This document shows, one piece after another, positions 36,921-43,293 of a stretch of DNA of 43,293 nucleotides. Below the pieces are notes generated by a model. The model was not told the origin of the DNA. It saw only the letters and a program-made list of their open reading frames with translations, and did not search any database. Source of the stretch: Bdellovibrionota bacterium (GTDB lineage Bacteria; Bdellovibrionota_C; UBA2361; OMII01); the NCBI GenBank assembly GCA_044356215.1, contig JBIKWQ010000024.1, positions 1 through 43,293 of the forward strand, written 5' to 3'. Position numbers and translations under genes: made by a program. Every line of letters begins with the position of its first letter. Positions within the stretch are counted from its first letter, which is position 1.

Positions 36921-38261
36921 TTATTTTACGTATCTACCTATCGCGTAAATAGGAACCACATCAACCCTCACACTCTTGTTGCTGACCTGTGTTGATATAG
37001 TCGAGAAATTCTCTAGTGAAGTTCTTATTGCGTATCCTGCGCCCTTTTCGGCGAGAAAACGATAGAGACTCTGCATCTGTCCCTTCGTGCCCGCCTTCAC
37101 TTCAAGTGGAATAATAACAGGGCCGCGTTGTACTACATAGTCAACCTCAGCAGAGCTTGAAGGCGCCTCTCTGTGCCAGTAAAAGAGTCCGCATTTGATA
37201 TGGTGCGGCGCGTTTGCAATCAATTCAAGGCCGCACACGATCTCCGCGAACGCTGCCCTATTGGAGAATGAAACAGAGTCGTCTAATAGTAGATCAGAGA
37301 GGGGCAGCCCCAGCAGACGATTATATATCCCCAGATCGAACGGGATGCTTTTGAAGCTTTTGGGATCTACCTCCGCCCCCAGGGGGATCGCATTTGCGGA
37401 GCTACGAGTAATTTTGTAAATCAATCCTGCCTGAGACAGGAGGTCAATTGCTTGATCGTAACCTGAGAGCTTAGCGCCGGGGTTGATTCGGGAGTAGACG
37501 AACTTACTTCCAGCTTGTTGAGCAACAGACCGGAGCGTCGCTCTCAGCTTATCTGAGCTGATACGGGTCCCATACTTCGCGAAATCATCCTCATATCCGA
37601 GCACTAACTCCTCTAGCAGCGGAAGACACTCCCGCAGATCTCGAGTATCACAGTATCTCTGCACTACTTTTGGCAAACCTCCAATCATGCAGTAGAGCTT
37701 CATCAGATCCAAAGCTTTGCGATGGAACACAGCATCAAGTGGCGTCTCCAGTGAGGCTTCCCGCAACGCCCGGCCGAATCCATCCCCCGTGAGCGCCTGC
37801 GCGAACTCCTCAAAAAACAGAGGATACATGAAGAGCGACTCAATTCTGCCAACTCCGTAAGACGGAAGATCTCTAAGCGCAAACTCAAGAAGCGAGCCGG
37901 CTGCTACAACGTGCAGCTCGGGAAGCTGTTCATAAAAGAATCTCAGCGCCGTTAATGCCTCAGGGCATTCCTGTATCTCATCGAAGAACAGTAGAGTCTC
38001 ACCTGGCGAGATCGAAGCGTTACAGTATATGGATAGCTTGTCGATGAGGCTCCTCGGTGAAAGGTTTCCTTCCCGAAAGAAGGCTTTAACCTCGGGCGTT
38101 TCTAAAAAATTAATCTCAACAAATGATCTGAAGCTGCTGAGCGCAAACTCCCGAACTGATGACGTTTTGCCAACCTGCCTCGCCCCTCGCAATAGCAAGA
38201 CTCGCCTATCGTGAGCATGCTTCCAATTTTCTAGCGCTGCGGCGATTTTTCTTTTAAGCAT
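36921..38261 (-). CDS. AAA+ ATPase, AAA_14 + DUF4143 (paralog of 1596..2939)
   Basis: GARQVGKT, LLFFDEIQECPEA, 'FYWHRE..SS.AEVDY...PLEVKAG'. Long blocks identical to the first copy. Confidence 0.9.
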   Translation of the reverse strand: MLKRKIAAALENWKHAHDRRVLLLRGARQVGKTSSVREFALSSFRSFVEINFLETPEVKAFFREGNLSPRSLIDKLSIYCNASISPGETLLFFDEIQECPEALTALRFFYEQLPELHVVAAGSLLEFALRDLPSYGVGRIESLFMYPLFFEEFAQALTGDGFGRALREASLETPLDAVFHRKALDLMKLYCMIGGLPKVVQRYCDTRDLRECLPLLEELVLGYEDDFAKYGTRISSDKLRATLRSVAQQAGSKFVYSRINPGAKLSGYDQAIDLLSQAGLIYKITRSSANAIPLGAEVDPKSFKSIPFDLGIYNRLLGLPLSDLLLDDSVSFSNRAAFAEIVCGLELIANAPHHIKCGLFYWHREAPSSSAEVDYVVQRGPVIIPLEVKAGTKGQMQSLYRFLAEKGAGYAIRTSLENFSTISTQVSNKSVRVDVVPIYAIGRYVK

Positions 38262-38278
38262 TTCAACATATTACACCA

Positions 38279-38358
38279 TGCTCGGAAAAATACAAGGCAA
38301 TTTTTACTATCAACTCGGAATTTATAAAGTCTGAAAACAGAGCTTGCTCGGAAAAATA
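38279..38358. repeat. Three CTCGGAA-anchored repeats with 33-bp period upstream of the second AAA_14 gene
   Basis: CTCGGAA at 38281, 38314 and 38347. TGCTCGGAAAAATA is exact at 38279 and 38345. The first unit contains TACAAGGCAAT (38291-38301). Confidence 0.8.
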
Positions 38359-38387
38359 GTGGGCGTTGGGCCCAGCTAGCCCTCAAA

Positions 38388-38412
38388 GACGCGCCTTAGT
38401 CGGGGGTGCCTT
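38388..38412 (-). repeat. Second copy of a 25-bp hairpin motif also found at 4202-4226
   Basis: Reverse complement AAGGCACCCCCGACTAAGGCGCGTC vs AAGGCACCCCCGACTAGGGGGTGTC, 22/25 identical. Confidence 0.7.
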
Positions 38413-38576
38413 CGCATATCTAAGGCTCGTTCCTCTTAAGCCCTCTTTCTCTATGGGGTGAGGGCTTCTTGGCGTTTGTCCGGAGAACGTTTCGGTTCAA
38501 AAATATCGCGCCAAATCAATGCATGTCAATTCAGATGGTTGAGCGCGACATCTTTTCGACTGATATATTATCCTAA

Positions 38577-38813
38577 GTTCACCCCGGCGCTGCTTTGCGT
38601 GATGAGTTGGAGGAGATTGGAGTCAGCCAATCCGCTCTCGCTGAACATATTTAAGTGCTACTCAAAACTATCAATTAAATTTGCCGAGGAAAGCGGGGTA
38701 TCAGCGCTGATATGACGCTAAAGCTCTCGCAGGCTCTCGGCGCTACGCCGTATTTTTGGCTTAATCTCCAAAACAACTGGATGTTAAGTCAGATAAGTGG
38801 CACCAAAAAATAA
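38577..38813 (+). pseudogene. higA: HigA-family antitoxin pseudogene
   Basis: VHPGAALRDELEEIGVSQSALAEHI*VLLKTIN*ICRGKRGISADMTLKLSQALGATPYFWLNLQNNW. TAA stops at 38652 and 38676; no start codon; collinear with 40796-41020. Confidence 0.88.
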
Positions 38814-38920
38814 AGCTACTGACCGCATAGCTACCCGGTTTACCCAGAAGCTATCCTCGCTGTGTTTACATTATTTTTAAGACAGCGTGGTTGCTTGTAG
38901 GGTCCGCCTTTTTACTTAGA

Positions 38921-39006
38921 GAAGAACATGCGAGTTTCATTAGACCTGGTGTCGGGGCATGACGCTCGCGTGACGGGCGCTAGTCCGATCCACGCTCTTG
39001 TTATCC
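38921..39006 (-). other. Degenerate attC-like site at the 3' end of narK
   Basis: Left arm GGATAAC-AAGAG-CGTGGATC-GG-A resembles AGATAAC-AATTG-CATGGATT-TT-A of the 41867 site and contains the narK stop. The right arm pairs poorly. Confidence 0.35.
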
Positions 39007-40278
39007 GTTGCTTGCCTTTGCAGACGGTTCGCTTCCAGAAGTGTCCCCTAAAACCAGACCTCCTTTCCCGATCCAAACGCCTGTCCAAAAACGTTGGGCG
39101 TAGCCTAGTACAAATATTACAACAATTCCCAGTAAGCCAAAACTTAGGAAGCCACCCGAGTAAGAACCGGTCCACTGCTTGGATTGCCCCATCAAGTTGG
39201 GAAGAAGAGACCCTCCAAGAGCGCCGATTTCACCAATCATGCTTCCAGCAACTGCGGTTGTAGTCGGCCAACGAAGCGGGACAAGCTGAAACACAGCGCC
39301 ATTTCCCGCACCGAGCAAACCAAAACAGCACATCAGCAAAATCGTAGTCGTCATAAGGGAGGGCTGGGTGCTTAGCACGAACAACAGAAAAACCGCGGAA
39401 ATCAGTAAAAACTTTAGGGCGACAACCCCACCAAAGCGATCTGCAATATACCCACCAATAATTCGCATAGCGCTGCCTACGAACGCTGCAAGTACCGTAA
39501 GCTGACCTGCCTGCACTTTGGTAACTTGAAATTGTTCGTAAAAAAACGTTGGGAGGAAGCTTGCCAGTCCTATAAATCCCCCGAAAGTTACCACATATAC
39601 TAAGTTAAATACCCACCCATCTGCTTCCCACAAACATTTAATATGAGCTTTGATAGATTGATGAGCCCGGTCTGGAGGTTCCTTGGCAAAAAAAATCATT
39701 ACGATGATTGGGGCAATCATCGCCCACCCTGCAAAGCCGTACACATGCTGCCACCCGTAAATCATTGCCAAGGGCGGCGCGACTAGTGCAGCTATCGCAG
39801 TCCCACTATTTCCGGCTCCAGTAATGCCCATTGCAAGACCTTTAAATGTCTTGGGATACCATCCGGAGCCCAAGGATAGCGCAATACCGAAACTCGCCCC
39901 TGCTACACCTAAAAGAATCCCCATCCAGATAACTCCGTCGTATGATGTCACTAGGAATCGGGCCAACAGACAAGCGACAACGATGGTCAACATCTCAAGG
40001 AGAGCTGAGTTTTTTCTGCCGATATATTGCGAAAGCACACCGAGCGGAAATCGCATAAGCGCCCCAGCAAAAATGGGAACAGAAAGCATGAAACCCGTTT
40101 CAGCTGGAGACAACTTAAAGTGCTCGGTTATAAAGGGCGCCATAGCTCCATTGAGTACCCAGATCGCAAAACAGAAATCGAAGTAAAGAAAAGCCGAAAA
40201 AAGCGTCGGGAAGTGTCCGACTCTCAAGAATGCTTTGGTTTTATTTAGCATAATGCCCAATCGGATCTGATATACCAT
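39001..40278 (-). CDS. NarK/NasA-family nitrate/nitrite MFS transporter
   Basis: GHFPTLFSAFLYFDF, GASFG.AL...W, AMGITGAGNSG, TFGGFIG, GAGNGAVFQLVP nitrate signatures. Start may be the ATG at 40251. Confidence 0.92.
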   Translation of the reverse strand: MVYQIRLGIMLNKTKAFLRVGHFPTLFSAFLYFDFCFAIWVLNGAMAPFITEHFKLSPAETGFMLSVPIFAGALMRFPLGVLSQYIGRKNSALLEMLTIVVACLLARFLVTSYDGVIWMGILLGVAGASFGIALSLGSGWYPKTFKGLAMGITGAGNSGTAIAALVAPPLAMIYGWQHVYGFAGWAMIAPIIVMIFFAKEPPDRAHQSIKAHIKCLWEADGWVFNLVYVVTFGGFIGLASFLPTFFYEQFQVTKVQAGQLTVLAAFVGSAMRIIGGYIADRFGGVVALKFLLISAVFLLFVLSTQPSLMTTTILLMCCFGLLGAGNGAVFQLVPLRWPTTTAVAGSMIGEIGALGGSLLPNLMGQSKQWTGSYSGGFLSFGLLGIVVIFVLGYAQRFWTGVWIGKGGLVLGDTSGSEPSAKASNG

Positions 40279-40382
40279 TCGTTACAAAGCAGTGGCGCTC
40301 GATGTCGGCGCACAGTATTATTCACCAGCTCCCCTAGACAGTCTATCTCGACCCGGAGATCATAAACAACACTTTGATACTC

Positions 40383-40571
40383 CTAGCCCGCGCCGCGGTC
40401 ACGATACAACAGGTTTCCTTGCTGAAAATCTAATTCGACGCCGCCGTCAGCGAGAGTCCGCTTGGAGGGATCTACCGAAGCATACGTTTGCACTTTGGCT
40501 CGAACGAGAAAGTCCCGAAAAACCTGGTCAAAAGCTGGGGTGCCAAGATTTGCTTTTTCTGGATAATTCAT
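40383..40571 (-). pseudogene. Truncated DUF5680-like gene
   Basis: 'FLVRAKVQTYA...DGGVELDFQQGNLLYRDR' resembles the DUF5680 N-terminus; similarity is lost and the frame stops after 62 aa. Confidence 0.55.
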
Positions 40572-40792
40572 AAGTGGGGTTCAGGTATAACGCTAACGAT
40601 AACCCGAAACTCGCCATCAGGGCGACATCTCGAGTTGATTCAATCGATGTCATGTTGCCAATGCCCACCGTATTCATCCCCTCCGGTACAATGCATAAGG
40701 AGTAACTCGTAAAAGCCACGCTATTAGTCTCCACCTCTTGGTCACGTACACGTGTCCACGACGAGCCTTCAGAGCCCGTACAATCTACGACG

Positions 40793-41020
40793 CCAGTCCA
40801 TCCCGGTGCTGTTTTGCGCGATGAGCTTGAAGAAATAGGGGTTAGCCAATCCTCTCTTGCTGAACATATTGGCGTACTACCCAAGACTATCAACGAAATT
40901 TGTCGCGGGAAGCGAGGTATTAGCGCTGATATGGCGCTAAAGCTCTCACAGGCTCTCGGCGCAACTCCGTATTTTTGGCTTAATCTGCAAAACAACTGGG
41001 AGCTGAGTCAGAACATCTAG
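40793..41020 (+). CDS. higA: HigA-family antitoxin (Xre HTH); start codon uncertain, possibly a pseudogene
   Basis: PVHPGAVLRDELEEIGVSQSSLAEHIGVLPKTINEICRGKRGISADMALKLSQALGATPYFWLNLQ. No ATG/GTG upstream of the HPG motif before the in-frame stop at 40703. Confidence 0.8.
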   Translation, partial: PVHPGAVLRDELEEIGVSQSSLAEHIGVLPKTINEICRGKRGISADMALKLSQALGATPYFWLNLQNNWELSQNI

Positions 41021-41314
41021 GGGCCGAAAGTACTAGACGCAACTTCTCTAGAGAGACATCGATATATAGGCATGGGCTCAAAGCAGCCCCTAAGGTGTTA
41101 TTTAATTCTGTTAGATTGGTGATTTGATTGCGGCAACTTAGCTACACGACCGAGAACCGGTATCTTCTCAGGATCCGCCGATTCCACTGCTTAGATGGCA
41201 CGCGGCGTCCATGAGATATGAGCGTGTCTGAAATTGTCGCAGTCATGTCAGACGTGCCACCTCTGGAGCGACTGACCGCCAGATATTCGAAACCGGACGA
41301 AGCCCCATAGAGCT

Positions 41315-41872
41315 ATGAAGAAGCCAAAAGCACAAAATCGGATTGTTCAACAAAGCCATTTATCCACCCGCCCACATATCATACTGATTCGTGGGCATAG
41401 AGTAATAATAGACTCAGATTTGGCGGAGCTTTATGGCGTAAAGACAAAACGTCTCAAAGAGCAGGTGAGGCGAAATGGTGAGCGTTTTCCAACTGACTTC
41501 GTCCTGCAATTAACGAAAGCCGAAACGGACGAGGTGGTCGCAAAGTGCGACCACCTTCAAAAGCTCAAATTTTCGAGTATCTTACCGCTTGCTTTTACGG
41601 AGCACGGGGCGATCATGGCCGCGACGGTTCTTAATAGTAAGGTTGCAATCGAGACAAGCATCCTAGTTGTCAGAGCTTTCATTCACGCTCGCGAGATTAT
41701 CTCTGAACATCGCGAGCTGAAGTTGCGACTAGAACGACTGGAGGAGCGAGTCGCTCGAGGATTTCACGATACTGAGGATGAACTACAAGCTGTCCGCTTT
41801 GCGATTCAACAATTGATGGATCTACCGCCGCCAAGCTCAAAAAAACCGATTGGATTCGGTAGAAAGGGATAA
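41315..41872 (+). CDS. ORF6N domain DNA-binding protein
   Basis: IRGHRVIIDSDLAELYGV.TKRL..QVRRN.ERFP.DF, AFTEHGAIMAATVLNS, C-terminal PIGF. Confidence 0.92.
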   Translation: MKKPKAQNRIVQQSHLSTRPHIILIRGHRVIIDSDLAELYGVKTKRLKEQVRRNGERFPTDFVLQLTKAETDEVVAKCDHLQKLKFSSILPLAFTEHGAIMAATVLNSKVAIETSILVVRAFIHAREIISEHRELKLRLERLEERVARGFHDTEDELQAVRFAIQQLMDLPPPSSKKPIGFGRKG

Positions 41873-41925
41873 CCTTTGCATGATTTTGGCGCAAACAGCG
41901 CCTAAAATCCATGCAATTGTTATCT
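41867..41925 (-). other. attC-like integron cassette recombination site (59 bp)
   Basis: Minus strand AGATAAC-AATTG-CATGGATT-TT-A-GGCGC-TGTTT-GCGCC-AA-AATCATG-CAAAG-GTTATCC: R''/5/L''(8)/.../L'(7)/5/R', with two extrahelical bases on the expected arm. Confidence 0.7.
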
Positions 41926-43079
41926 GATCCGTCCGCAAACAACCAAATATCAGCGAAGCGCCTCGTTTCTCCCATTCTTAATCATTCGCAAAACATGTCT
42001 TGGTCCGTTGAGGTCCCCGTGCATATCAAATGAGTAGGCCCCAAATATACCTTGAAATGTGCCAGAACGGAGATAGTCGGCTAGCGTCACGCCAGATTTA
42101 CTGCTATCGCGCACCAGACGAAAGGCCTCGAAAACACCCGGGAAGGTGAAAGACCAGCCGCTGATTGGCCCAAATTTAGATTGATACTCGCTATACACCC
42201 GCTGTCCCTCTTCACTTAGAAGTTCGGCCGCCCCTGGAAAATCAAGAAAGATAATGCCGTCAGCCAAGGGGCCTGCAGAAGCGAGAAAGCTAGCAGAGCC
42301 GGGAATGTAGGCCGCATATAATTTGGGAGTCATTCCCAGCTCCCGTAGCTGCTTGAGTAATGCGGTCAAACTCTGCTCACTCTGGGTGTTCAGGAACAGC
42401 GCCTCGCCATTTGATTGTTTTATTCGGAGCAAAAGAGAACGAAAGTCATACTGCTGAGGCTGAAAAAGCTCGTTATGAGTCTTGAGTCCTATGGAATCGG
42501 CGGCGATTTTAAAATCTCTCCAGAATTCCGATGGATAGTCAGCTTCCTCAGTAAGCACTGTGACTGCTTTATGCCGCTCCTTGATAGCGTGGACCAGAAA
42601 AGCTGCCCCGACTGCATCACTCAATGACATGCGAAACACACCAAGCCGCGACAATTTACTTGGCGTGCCCATAGTTATGACTGTTACACCAGCACGTTTA
42701 TAAATCGGAGCAGCAGCCAATACTGATTGCCCGCACATAACGTACACCTGATTAACTTTATCTATCGCAGTCAATTTCTGCGCTGCGGTTACCGCGCTTT
42801 TTGGCTCACAACGATCGTCCTCAAAAATCAGTCGAACTGACCCGCCGCTCAGTTTTTCGTTCGCGAATGTAAGGGTATTTCGAACATCAACTCCCCACCC
42901 GGCTCCATTACCCGATAACGGAAGCGACACTCCCAACGTCAGTGGGCCAGCGCTCGCGGGTTGCGTAAATATGAGGAGGAGGAGGAGGACTATTCGAATT
43001 TTCATTGATCTAGCCAGTCACAAGTATGTGCTATTCCGAAACCTAATTGTGCCAGCCGCGTTAAAGCTGCATCAGATAA
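41873..43079 (-). mobile_element. Putative integron gene cassette carrying the LivK-like gene
   Basis: Starts at G^TTATCTGAT (43080-43071, minus), a perfect 10-bp complement of ATCAGATAAC at its own attC R'' end (41928-41919). One ORF fills the unit. Confidence 0.6.
41950..43005 (-). CDS. ABC transporter substrate-binding protein, LivJ/LivK (periplasmic binding protein type 1) family
   Basis: Signal peptide, LPLSG..A..G, EDDRCEPKSAVTAAQKL, DFRSLL, FQG..G...FD..GD. No permease or ATPase genes adjacent. Confidence 0.85.
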   Translation of the reverse strand: MKIRIVLLLLLIFTQPASAGPLTLGVSLPLSGNGAGWGVDVRNTLTFANEKLSGGSVRLIFEDDRCEPKSAVTAAQKLTAIDKVNQVYVMCGQSVLAAAPIYKRAGVTVITMGTPSKLSRLGVFRMSLSDAVGAAFLVHAIKERHKAVTVLTEEADYPSEFWRDFKIAADSIGLKTHNELFQPQQYDFRSLLLRIKQSNGEALFLNTQSEQSLTALLKQLRELGMTPKLYAAYIPGSASFLASAGPLADGIIFLDFPGAAELLSEEGQRVYSEYQSKFGPISGWSFTFPGVFEAFRLVRDSSKSGVTLADYLRSGTFQGIFGAYSFDMHGDLNGPRHVLRMIKNGRNEALR

Positions 43080-43293
43080 CATAGTATTGTCCCGATCCGC
43101 CCATCTAGGCAATCCGGACGCTGTTTTCAGGTTAGCGCACCCCCTCATACTACTCAATCGAAACAATAGGGCGTCGCAGTTCTTTTTTTATCCCCCTCAG
43201 GAAGTCGGCCATTTGGAGTATTTTTGGGGTCTTAGACGGTTTATTTGGGGCTATCTGACAGGTGGATAGGTGAATTTGGGGAGGAAAAAATAT

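Noticed and set aside
38279..38358. Periodic repeats as a mini-CRISPR array
   Set aside because: Conserved cores are only 7-15 bp with a 33-bp period, too short for repeat plus spacer; no cas genes in the window.
38815..38870. Hairpin (ATAGCT...AGCTAT) after the higA pseudogene as an attC
   Set aside because: Lacks the GTT triplet at the expected position; could be a terminator remnant.
40584..40659. Imperfect palindrome just upstream of the DUF5680-like gene as another attC
   Set aside because: Position is suggestive (GTTATAC about 20 nt before the ATG), but spacers and L boxes do not fit attC geometry; at best a heavily decayed site.
41008..41103. AAC...GTT-bounded inverted repeat (TAGGGGC/GCCCCTA) after higA copy 2 as an attC
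   Set aside because: 4-nt spacer, no central stem and poor R-box complementarity.

Overview
Bacterial chromosomal window; the organism cannot be named from sequence alone. It has three zones. (1) 1-11.4 kb is a mixed accessory region. It holds an IS630-family element running off the left edge that interrupts an amidase gene at a TA site, an AAA_14/DUF4143 ATPase, an EamA/DMT transporter, a 203-bp MITE-like element with a 6-bp target duplication, a Gfo/Idh/MocA oxidoreductase and a DPM1-like GT2 + GT87-like pair. It also holds an unusual 741-aa protein with two tandem MutS-type ATPase-like domains (first copy degenerate) and an orphan soluble histidine kinase. (2) 11.5-36.9 kb is a large surface-glycan locus: rfbF/rfbG, a GtrB-like GT2, methyltransferases, GT4/GT2 multidomain enzymes, a Wzm/Wzt exporter, several GT-C-like membrane proteins and a DegT aminotransferase. 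A small DUF6036-like nucleotidyltransferase gene pair with its own promoter is inserted in it. (3) 36.9-43.3 kb holds a second AAA_14/DUF4143 paralog and what looks like a decaying integron-type cassette array on the minus strand. A 59-bp attC-like site at 41867-41925 and a matching core site at 43071-43080 delimit a LivK-like cassette. A related half-degenerate site lies after narK, and two HigA copies (one with two nonsense mutations), a truncated DUF5680-like gene and an ORF6N gene are also present. No integrase is visible, but an SD motif followed by 'AT' at the extreme right edge suggests a divergent gene starts there. All family calls are from motif recognition by eye, not database searches.
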